From an uncultured Acidobacteriota bacterium (GTDB taxonomy: Bacteria > Acidobacteriota > Thermoanaerobaculia > Multivoradales > JAHEKO01), in contig CAVQNG010000003.1 in the NCBI GenBank assembly GCA_963713825.1, positions 1,839,116-1,903,115 on the forward strand: DNA of 64,000 nucleotides, in the 5' to 3' direction. The number at the start of each line of letters is the position of its first letter. Positions within the stretch are counted from its first letter, which is position 1. The notes under the pieces are model-generated. The model saw nothing but the letters and a program-made list of their open reading frames with translations, was not told the DNA's origin and did not search any database. Position numbers and translations under genes: made by a program. Of this stretch, positions 29,364-37,332 are shown one piece after another.

Positions 29364-31025
29364 ATGGCCAAACCCATCGTCATGACGATCGATGACGAGC
29401 CGCACGTGCTCAATGCCATCGCTCGCGACCTGCAGGGGCGCTATCAGAAGGACTACCAGATCGTGAAAGCGAGCTCGGGCGCCGAGGCGCTGGAGACGGT
29501 GCAGGAGTTCAAACGCCGCAACACGCCGGTGTCGCTCTTCCTGGTCGACCAGCGCATGCCCGTGATGAGTGGCATCGAGTTCCTGGCCGAGGCCATCAAG
29601 TTCTATCCGGAATCGAAGCGGGTCTTGCTGACCGCCTATGCCGACACCGATGCGGCCATCGCCAGCATCAACGCCATCGGTCTCGACTACTACCTCATGA
29701 AGCCCTGGGACCCCCCGGAGGAGCGGCTCTACCCAGTGCTCGACGACCTGCTGAGCGACTGGTCGGCCAGCGTGTCGGTGCCGTACGACGGCATCCGGCT
29801 GGCCGGCACCCTGTGGTCCCCGAGCTCGCACAACGTCAAGGAGTTCCTCGCCCGCAGCCAGATCCCCTACAAGTGGCTCGACATCGAGCGTGACTCCGAG
29901 GCCAGGGAGTTGGTCGAAGCGAGCGCCGAGGGGCGGACCCGCCTGCCGGTACTGTTCTTTCAGGATGGCAGCACCCTGGTCGATCCGGACCTGCGGACGT
30001 TGGCGGACAAAGTGGGTCTGACGACCCAGGCCGGGCAGCCCTTCTACGACCTGATCATCATCGGTGCCGGTCCTGCCGGTCTGGCGGCAGGCGTCTACGG
30101 GGCCTCCGAGGGCCTGCGAACAGTCGTGATCGAGAAGGATGTGGCCGGAGGGCAGGCCGGGACCAGTGCGCGGATCGAGAACTACCTGGGTTTCCCGAAG
30201 GGTGTCAGTGGCGCGGACCTGATGCGACGGGCGGCAACCCAGGTGCAACGCCTCGGGGCCGAGATCCTGACCGCTCAGGAGGTCACCGGGGTGCAAGTCG
30301 AGGGTCCCTACAAAATCGTGACCCTGGGCGATGGCACTGAGCTCCGAAGCCATGCGCTTCTGATTGCCACCGGCGTCAAGGTGCGCGAGCTCGACGTGCC
30401 GGGTATCGAGCCCTTCGTCGGCGGCTCTGTGTACTACGGGGCGGCGACCTCGGAGGCCGTTCACTACAAGGACAAGAAGGTCTTCGTGATCGGCGGCGCC
30501 AACTCGGCCGGTCAGGGTGCGATGTTCCTGTCGCGGTTCGCCAGCGAGGTCACGATCCTGATCCGGGCGGACTCTCTCAAAGAGAGCATGTCCCAGTACC
30601 TCATCGACCAGATCGACGACACGGAGAACATCACGCTGAAGACCAACACCGAGGTGGCTGAGGTGGCCGGCAGCGACCGTCTCGAGTCCATCACGACCAA
30701 GAACAACGTCACCGGCGAGACCGAAACGACTCCTGCCGACGCGATCTTCATCTTCATCGGAGCCGTACCCCACTCCGACATCGTGGAAGGCATTGTCGAG
30801 CGCACCGAGGCCGGTTTCATCCCGACGGGTCAGGATCTGATTCGTGATGGTCGTCGGCCGAACAACTGGCAGCTGCGGCGCGACCCCTTCCTGCTGGAAA
30901 CCAGCGTGCCGGGCATCTTCGCAGCGGGCGATGTGCGCGAAGGCGTCATCCGGCGTGTGGCCTCAGCCGTCGGCGAAGGCGCCGTCTCCCTCAGCTTCGT
31001 CCACGAATACCTCGAAACCGTCTGA
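29364..31025 (+). CDS. Response regulator receiver fused to a thioredoxin-reductase-like FAD oxidoreductase
   Basis: IDDEP...VDQRMP receiver; GAGPAG; IENYLGFP; GGANSAG; AAGDVR; alternative start at 29334. Confidence 0.88.
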   Translation: MAKPIVMTIDDEPHVLNAIARDLQGRYQKDYQIVKASSGAEALETVQEFKRRNTPVSLFLVDQRMPVMSGIEFLAEAIKFYPESKRVLLTAYADTDAAIASINAIGLDYYLMKPWDPPEERLYPVLDDLLSDWSASVSVPYDGIRLAGTLWSPSSHNVKEFLARSQIPYKWLDIERDSEARELVEASAEGRTRLPVLFFQDGSTLVDPDLRTLADKVGLTTQAGQPFYDLIIIGAGPAGLAAGVYGASEGLRTVVIEKDVAGGQAGTSARIENYLGFPKGVSGADLMRRAATQVQRLGAEILTAQEVTGVQVEGPYKIVTLGDGTELRSHALLIATGVKVRELDVPGIEPFVGGSVYYGAATSEAVHYKDKKVFVIGGANSAGQGAMFLSRFASEVTILIRADSLKESMSQYLIDQIDDTENITLKTNTEVAEVAGSDRLESITTKNNVTGETETTPADAIFIFIGAVPHSDIVEGIVERTEAGFIPTGQDLIRDGRRPNNWQLRRDPFLLETSVPGIFAAGDVREGVIRRVASAVGEGAVSLSFVHEYLETV

Positions 31026-31045
31026 CCAGCGCGTCGCGCCCAGAT

Positions 31046-31181
31046 GTAGGGGCAGGTTTCGAAGCCTTGACGTTGTAGGGGCGGGGCTTGCCCCCGCCCG
31101 CAGGAGCCGTCAAGGGGCCCCCAAACATCTGTCTCGCAATTGCGGGTCTCTCTCGTGTAGGGGAGGGGCTTGCCCCCTCCC
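31046..31181 (+). repeat. Cluster of GTAG-type REP hairpins
   Basis: GTAGGGGC(A/G)GG at 31046 and 31075 (full GTAGGGGCGGGGCTTGCCCCCGCCC); GTAGGGGAGGGGCTTGCCCCCTCCC at 31157. Confidence 0.75.
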
Positions 31182-31239
31182 GCGGCGCCCCTGCCAACCG
31201 ACAGTCGATGCAGTACAATCCCTCGAGTACAAACCAAGC

Positions 31240-33945
31240 ATGATCGGCACAACGGTTTCTCACTATCGGATCACCGGCAAGCTCGGTTCGGGCGGCATGG
31301 GTGAGGTGTTCGAGGCTGAAGACACCGAGCTGCGCCGCAAAGTAGCTCTCAAGGTTCTTCCTGAGCACCTGGCCTCCGACCCCGAGCGTCTCGAGCGCTT
31401 CAAACGCGAGGCTCGCGCTGTCGCTTCCCTCAATCATCCCAACATCGTCACTCTCCATTCGGTGGAAGAGTCCGACGGCCACCACTTCCTGACGATGGAG
31501 CTGGTGGACGGCAAGTCCCTGGATGCGCTCATTCCCGACGGCGGCTTCGACCTCGAGCGGCTCTTCGAGCTGGCGATCCCGATCGCCGATGCGCTGGCGG
31601 CGGCGCACGAGAAGGGCGTCGTGCACCGGGACCTCAAACCTGCCAACGTCATGGTGGGGGAGGATGGCCGCCTTCGGATCGTCGATTTCGGCCTCGCCAA
31701 ACTCTGGGAGGACAGTCTCGAGGACAGCGACACCGAGATGGCCACCGAGGGCCTGACGAAAGAAGGGGTGGCCATGGGGACGGCACCGTACATGTCCCCG
31801 GAACAGCTCCAGGGCAGGGAGATCGACCACCGGTCCGATCTCTTCTCTCTGGGGATCCTGCTCTTCGAGATGACGACGGGAAGCCGGCCCTTCAAGGGCG
31901 AGTCTTCCATCGACCTGGCTTCGTCGATTCTCAAAGACAACCCGGACTCCGTTACCGACGTCCGCGAAGGGGTTCCCCGGCACCTGGGGCGAATCATCAA
32001 GCACTGTCTGGAGAAGGATCCCGAGCTCCGCTTTCAGTCCGCGAAGGATGTTCGCAACGAGTTGTCGGGTCTCAAGGATGAGGTCGCCTCGGGTGAAGTG
32101 CCGCTGAGCACGGGAGCGATGCCGGCAGTCTCGGCTCTGGAGCCCGCGCAGAAGGCGAGGCCGGCCTGGTTGATCCCGGCGGTGGTCGTCGTCGCCCTGC
32201 TCCTCGTTGCAGGACTGGCCTGGATGATGAAGGGTGGGGAAGAGGTGCGGCCCACCGACACGGAGGTCGCTGGCCAGCCTGCCGCACCCGAGACCGAGCT
32301 CGACAAGATCGTCGTCCTACCTTTCGAGAACCTCGGCTCGGAGGAGGAGGCCTATTTTGCTGCTGGAGTCTCCGAGGAGATCACCGGGCGTCTCGGCTCG
32401 GTGAGTGGCCTCAAGGTGATCTCACGCAAGAGTGCCCAACGCTACGCGGACACCGACAAGACGATCCAGCAGATCGGCGACGAGCTCGATGTCGGCTACT
32501 TGCTCGACGGCACGGTACGCTGGGCCAAGAACCCCGACGGCACCAGCCGCGTCCGGATCACACCAGAGCTCATCCGGGTCTCCGACGAGAGCCAACTCTG
32601 GTCCAACACCTACGATCGGACCATCGACGACATCTTCGAGGTGCAGTCCGATATCGCCTCGCAGGTGATTGGCGAGCTGGGCATCACGCTCCTCGAGCCC
32701 GAGCAGAGGGCAGTAGAGAATCGGCCCACCGAGAACATCGAGGCCTACCAGGCCTATCTCCGCGGCCTGGAGTACGCCAATCATCCCGACTTCACCGAGC
32801 TCAACATGCGGCTGACCATCGAGATGTTTCAGCGCGCCACGGAGCTCGACCCCTCCTTTGCCCAGGCACACGCGTGGCTCAGCCAGGCCCAGGCACGGTA
32901 CTACTGGTTCGGTCACGATCTGTCCGAGGCTCGGATGCAGCTCGCCCGTCAATCCGCGTCCCAAGCGCTGGTCCTGGATCCGGATCTGCCGGAAGGGCAC
33001 ATGGCGATGGGCTATGTGCACTACTACGGGGCCAGGGACTACGACAACGCCCTGAAGGAGTTCACCCAGGCACTCGAGGCCAAACCCAATGACGAGGAGC
33101 TCACTGCCTCCATTGGCTACATTCTGCGGCGGCAGGGAGACTGGGAAGCGGCGGCGGAGCAGTTCGCCAAGGCGCTGGAGCTCGACCCGCAGGACGCCGG
33201 TCTCACGGTCGACCTGGGTGACGCCTATCAGAGGCTGCGTCGATATGAAGAGGCCGATGCGATCTTCGATCGCGCGATCTCGATGTTCCCAGACCAGAAC
33301 CGCGCCTATGGCGCGAAGGCTCAGAATCTCTGGCAATGGAAGGGCGATGCTTCCCTGACGCGGCCGATTCTCGAGCAGATGCCGGTGCAGGATAGCGAGG
33401 ACGCGATTTTTGCCTGGTGGATGCAGGAGCTCCAGGAGGAAGACTACCGCAAGGCCTCGGAGAGACTGGCGGTGGCGCCTTTCGATTTCTTCACGGGCGA
33501 CGTCATCCAGGTCCAGCCCAAGGAGTTCCTCGAGTCCTACACCTACTATCTGGCTGGAGATTTCGCTCGATCGAAGGCTGCCGCCGAGAAGGCGCTGCCC
33601 CACATGGAGCGCTATGTGAGGGAGCGACCTGAAGATCCCTTCTCCCACATCGGGTACGGACTGTGCCTGACGGTTCTGGGGCACTTCGACGAAGCCATCC
33701 GCGAAGGAGAGCTGGCGATGGAGATCCTCCCCCTCGAGAGGGACGGTGTCTACGCCCCCCTCCTCATCTACTGGATGGCCAATATTTACAACTGGGCTGG
33801 CGATTACGACGCGGCCCTCGACCAGCTCGAAACTCTGCTGTCGCACCCCACGACCAACTCCGTGGTATCGGTGGAGGCCGACCCCCAGTGGGACACTCTC
33901 CGCGACCTGCCCCGTTACAAACAGCTCATCGAGAAGTACCGCTAG
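31240..33945 (+). CDS. Ser/Thr protein kinase with TM helix, TolB-N-like domain and TPR repeats
   Basis: [24 protein letters not shown]; VVLPFENL; TPRs. True start MIGTT at 31240; the track's extension runs through REPs. Confidence 0.92.
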   Translation: MIGTTVSHYRITGKLGSGGMGEVFEAEDTELRRKVALKVLPEHLASDPERLERFKREARAVASLNHPNIVTLHSVEESDGHHFLTMELVDGKSLDALIPDGGFDLERLFELAIPIADALAAAHEKGVVHRDLKPANVMVGEDGRLRIVDFGLAKLWEDSLEDSDTEMATEGLTKEGVAMGTAPYMSPEQLQGREIDHRSDLFSLGILLFEMTTGSRPFKGESSIDLASSILKDNPDSVTDVREGVPRHLGRIIKHCLEKDPELRFQSAKDVRNELSGLKDEVASGEVPLSTGAMPAVSALEPAQKARPAWLIPAVVVVALLLVAGLAWMMKGGEEVRPTDTEVAGQPAAPETELDKIVVLPFENLGSEEEAYFAAGVSEEITGRLGSVSGLKVISRKSAQRYADTDKTIQQIGDELDVGYLLDGTVRWAKNPDGTSRVRITPELIRVSDESQLWSNTYDRTIDDIFEVQSDIASQVIGELGITLLEPEQRAVENRPTENIEAYQAYLRGLEYANHPDFTELNMRLTIEMFQRATELDPSFAQAHAWLSQAQARYYWFGHDLSEARMQLARQSASQALVLDPDLPEGHMAMGYVHYYGARDYDNALKEFTQALEAKPNDEELTASIGYILRRQGDWEAAAEQFAKALELDPQDAGLTVDLGDAYQRLRRYEEADAIFDRAISMFPDQNRAYGAKAQNLWQWKGDASLTRPILEQMPVQDSEDAIFAWWMQELQEEDYRKASERLAVAPFDFFTGDVIQVQPKEFLESYTYYLAGDFARSKAAAEKALPHMERYVRERPEDPFSHIGYGLCLTVLGHFDEAIREGELAMEILPLERDGVYAPLLIYWMANIYNWAGDYDAALDQLETLLSHPTTNSVVSVEADPQWDTLRDLPRYKQLIEKYR

Positions 33946-34051
33946 CCAAATCATCACGCGGATGCAGGGCCGGGGCCTGAGCCCCCCTGATCTGCCACGA
34001 ACGGACGTCTCTTTCTGTAGGGGCGGAACTTGCCCCCGTTCGTGCGGGTGG

Positions 34052-34327
34052 TCAGCTAGTGACCGGCAGGTTGCTTCGCGGAGCGGGTGCTCCTCGCAGC
34101 AGCCCCTGGGTGCTGAGGTCCTCATCGAGATCCGGCCAGTGAATGCCAAATCCTCCAGCGGAGATTTCCCAGTTGTCGAGCTGCTTTGGGGACGCAGCAA
34201 GCAATCGCGGGTACCAGGCCAGGGGCGCTGTGATCATGCGGCCGTCCTCCAGGTCGACCAGAATCGAGTCCTCTGAGAAACGGACATCGCGCACTCGCTC
34301 TCCAGGGCTAAGCAGTGAAGAACTCAT
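34052..34327 (-). CDS. DUF2442 protein (putative antitoxin)
   Basis: PLAWYPRL; GIHWPDLDEDLS. Confidence 0.85.
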   Translation of the reverse strand: MSSSLLSPGERVRDVRFSEDSILVDLEDGRMITAPLAWYPRLLAASPKQLDNWEISAGGFGIHWPDLDEDLSTQGLLRGAPAPRSNLPVTS

Positions 34328-34544
34328 TCCATTGTCTCAGCAAGAATAGACGATTCTCTCGAACCCTTCGCTCGACTCGCCGAATCTCGGCGGCGCTGAA
34401 TCCCAAGTTTCGCGCCAAGCTTACAGGAGCCAGCCAGAACTTCGCCGTCTGATCGTCCCGGTCGATGTGAATGTGAGGTGATTCGACCAGATCATGGCTG
34501 AAGAAGTACAGCCGATAGGGACCGCTTCGCAAGACCGTCGGCAT
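34308..34544 (-). CDS. DUF4160 protein (putative toxin partner of DUF2442)
   Basis: MPTVLRSGPYRLYFFSHD..ESPHIH...AKFWL...WNEFF. Confidence 0.85.
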   Translation of the reverse strand: MPTVLRSGPYRLYFFSHDLVESPHIHIDRDDQTAKFWLAPVSLARNLGFSAAEIRRVERRVRENRLFLLRQWNEFFTA

Positions 34545-34668
34545 CTTGAAGGTAGAAGGCAACCGAACCCCTGATCTCGCAAGGGACTCCCCTGCCTTTG
34601 ATCTGCCATGAACAAACTCCTGTTGTGTAGGGGCGGGACCTGCGAACCCCTGACCTGCAGGGGCGGCG

Positions 34669-35250
34669 TCAGTCGTCGTCCCAGATCGAGCCGAACGGGT
34701 CGCTATCCACTTCCACGGGATCGGTCGTGTCGAGATCCCAGTAGTTGGTGGTGCCCAACTCCATGACGCTCCCGCTGGTACTCGAGCCGTCACTGCTGTG
34801 AAGATCGAGATAGGTGAACGGTCCCAGTTTCTGGGAGGTACCGGTCGTCGTCTTGGTCTCGAAGCGCCCCGCCTCGGTGCCATTCGTCGTGAAGTTGTAG
34901 TGGGTAAAGGGGCCCAGCTTCTGCGACGTACCGGTCGTCGAAGAGCTCTTGAAACGCCCGACTTCGGCGCCGCTCGACTGGAAGTTGTAGTGGGTGAACG
35001 GCCCTAGCTGTTGCGAGTTGCCGGATGTCGACGTGCCGTCGCTACCCTGCAGGTTGTAGTAGGTGAACGGTCCCAACTTCTGCGCTGTGCCCGTCACCGA
35101 CGTGCCGTCACTGTTGAAGAAGTTGTAGTAGGTGAATGGACCTATCTCCTGCGCGGTGCCGGTGGTACTGGTCGTCTGTGCCCCGAGCCCCGCCGTGCCC
35201 CAGACGGAGACCAACAGGACGGCGAATCCAGTAAACAGTCCTCTTCGCAT
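34669..35250 (-). CDS. Secreted Thr/Ser/Gly-rich repeat protein
   Basis: Signal peptide; six imperfect repeats of TG(T/N)(A/S)QxLGPFT(Y/H)YN; AGGAGG RBS. Confidence 0.75.
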   Translation of the reverse strand: MRRGLFTGFAVLLVSVWGTAGLGAQTTSTTGTAQEIGPFTYYNFFNSDGTSVTGTAQKLGPFTYYNLQGSDGTSTSGNSQQLGPFTHYNFQSSGAEVGRFKSSSTTGTSQKLGPFTHYNFTTNGTEAGRFETKTTTGTSQKLGPFTYLDLHSSDGSSTSGSVMELGTTNYWDLDTTDPVEVDSDPFGSIWDDD

Positions 35251-35347
35251 GACAGATTCCTCCTATTTCGTTGTCGACACGAACCAAACTAGCAACCATG
35301 GTGCCAGCGACCCGTGTCAGAACCTGTCAGTCGATGTTGGGGCAGTT

Positions 35348-35605
35348 CTAGACGACTTGTTGTAGCTCCTCTCTGAGCACTCGGCGGAGGGTCTCTTCCA
35401 ACGGTTCATCGGCCCTCGCAATGTGCTCGCGGAGAGCAGTGTTGATCAACCGCTGGTAGCTCCCGCCCCCAGCTAGATCTACCTGGGTCTTGAACCATGC
35501 GATGAGGTCGCTGTCGAGTCGAATAGTGATCCGAGTCTTCCCAGGTGGTTTCTGTTCAACCGGACCGCGGCGACCCTCTTCAAAGTCGTATTCCTCTCGC
35601 ATCAC
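35348..35605 (-). CDS. brnA: BrnA-family antitoxin
   Basis: KTRITIRLDSDLIAWFK...YQRLINTALR. Confidence 0.88.
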   Translation of the reverse strand: MMREEYDFEEGRRGPVEQKPPGKTRITIRLDSDLIAWFKTQVDLAGGGSYQRLINTALREHIARADEPLEETLRRVLREELQQVV

Positions 35606-35871
35606 AGCTCCTCGTAGCTCCGGCGCTCTCGCCGGGTAGCCTGCCTGGCTGAGATGATTCGAACTCGCTCTTCTCGCCAGGTGAATGCCACCGCCAACAG
35701 CCTGCCGAATGGGTCCGCTCCGAGAGTGATGAATCTCTCTTCAGAGTCCGAATCGGGATCTCGAATCGTCAGGGCCATAGCATCGTCGAGCGCAAGAGCT
35801 GCATCTGCAAAATCGACTCCGTGCTTCTCGAAGTTCCGGCGGGCCTTTCCTAGATCCCATTCGTAATCCAT
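35602..35871 (-). CDS. brnT: BrnT-family toxin
   Basis: YEWDxxKxxxNxxKHGVDF...RIISARQAT. Confidence 0.9.
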   Translation of the reverse strand: MDYEWDLGKARRNFEKHGVDFADAALALDDAMALTIRDPDSDSEERFITLGADPFGRLLAVAFTWREERVRIISARQATRRERRSYEEL

Positions 35872-36081
35872 TGTATGTACAAATGTGCAGATTGTCGAGA
35901 GACACTTTGACAACCACCGTCGATTCCAAAGGACGGATCTGGGAGTGAAGATCTTGCAGTTCGTGATTTCCGAGCTTCAATGAAGGCGCTCTACCCAGGA
36001 AGGAGTCTGACTCCGAGGCTCTCTGCGAGCCGGGCATTTCCATCGGGGGATATAGTGTGTCCCTCTTCAGAGGGGGTTGCG

Positions 36082-36696
36082 ATGAACAATCTGCGAAGTT
36101 CCTTCATTCTCTTGCTCTTGTGCGCGGTGGCGGCCGCCCCGGGTAGCGCGCAGGACCCGGTGGAAGGGCCTTTCTTCCTGCCAACGCCGGAAGGATGGAG
36201 AACAGAGACGATTTCCTTTCCCTTGGAATTCGCGCCAGAGCTCGAGTACGAGGGGCTCGAGGAGCTGCGCTTCGCTCCGGGGATGTTCAAGGAGGGCAGC
36301 GCCGACTTCTGGTCCTACGCCTTTGTCTGGTGGGTACCCAAAGGGACCCAATTCGAAACCGAGCGGCTGCAAGCGGATCTGGAGTACTACTTCCGAGGAC
36401 TGACCACGGCGGTCGCTGAAGCTCGAGAGTTCGACCCCGGTAAGCCCGACTACGATGTGCAGCTCGAGCCGACCGAGCCGTCAAAACCCGATCATCCCCA
36501 GTGGGATGGCACCGCTGCGACCTACGACGTCTTTGTGACCCGCAAGCCCATCCGACTGAACGTTCGCGTCGACCTCGTTCCGTGCTCGTCACAAGGTCGG
36601 GTGGCGGCCATCTTCCAGCTCTCCCCCCAACCTCACGACCACAGCATCTGGGAAGTCCTGAACAACCTGCGGCAAGAATTCCGCTGCGAGCGCTAG
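36082..36696 (+). CDS. Secreted hypothetical protein
   Basis: Signal peptide; WRTETISFPLEFAP...EELRFAPG; GAGGGGG RBS. Confidence 0.7.
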   Translation: MNNLRSSFILLLLCAVAAAPGSAQDPVEGPFFLPTPEGWRTETISFPLEFAPELEYEGLEELRFAPGMFKEGSADFWSYAFVWWVPKGTQFETERLQADLEYYFRGLTTAVAEAREFDPGKPDYDVQLEPTEPSKPDHPQWDGTAATYDVFVTRKPIRLNVRVDLVPCSSQGRVAAIFQLSPQPHDHSIWEVLNNLRQEFRCER

Positions 36697-36816
36697 AGAG
36701 CCTCGGATCCCTCCCAGCTTCTGGACGCTCTCAGAGCCGCCAGGCCAACTGGAGCAAGCCGGAATTCGACTGACTGGTCGTCCCGGTGTCCGATAGTTTA
36801 GACTGCCATCAGGTGA

Positions 36817-37245
36817 GTGATGGCATCTAGACCTCCTCAGCCAAAGAGTCCCAATTGGGTGGCCCTGTGTTTTCTAGGGCTACTCGTCGGACTCGGCTTC
36901 CTCAGCCTCGAGGCCAATCATCAAGCGCATTGGCACCTGTCGCACGGCGTGAGCCATTCCCACGATCATCTTGCGGCAGGACCGCACCATCATCATGCTG
37001 CGCCGGAGTCTGGCAGCAGTGGCAAAGATCGTTCCTCCCCCGAGCCCGAGGATCGAGACCTGTATCTTGGACAGGCGGCCCTTCCCTTGCTCAGTCATAC
37101 GGATGCAAGTATCCGTGTCTTGCGCCCAGCGCTGACCAGATGGGACCCCGTGCCGATTTCGCTGACTTCCCTAGGGACTCGAGAGTCTTCTCCGGCCTCT
37201 CCCAGGGGACCTCCACTGGCTCGGCTACTCCTCGCCGCATCGTAA
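36817..37245 (+). CDS. His-rich membrane-anchored leader protein with RGPP motif (DUF2946/CruR-like)
   Basis: TM helix followed by HQAHWHLSHGVSHSHDH...HHHH; SPRGPP near the C-terminus; directly upstream of a TBDR. Confidence 0.65.
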   Translation: MMASRPPQPKSPNWVALCFLGLLVGLGFLSLEANHQAHWHLSHGVSHSHDHLAAGPHHHHAAPESGSSGKDRSSPEPEDRDLYLGQAALPLLSHTDASIRVLRPALTRWDPVPISLTSLGTRESSPASPRGPPLARLLLAAS

Positions 37246-37332
37246 CCAGCGATCGATCGAGTTGGCGCCGGCGTTCCTCCGTGGAAGCGCTCGCTGACTC
37301 ACGCATGGAACCGAGGATCCTCAGGAGGAGAC

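Noticed and set aside
30844-31239. 132-aa N-terminal extension of the kinase in the ORF track
   Set aside because: Overlaps the TrxB-like gene and a REP cluster; paralogous kinases start at MIG.
32422-34200. Long antisense ORFs (also 29244..30773, 44551..45966, 24448..25710, 27286..28488, 2613..3710)
   Set aside because: Shadow frames of well-supported genes in GC-rich DNA; no motifs or RBS.
34545-34883. 191-aa ORF 34308..34883 as a single gene
   Set aside because: Only the last 78 codons match DUF4160; the upstream part overlaps the repeat-protein gene and a REP.
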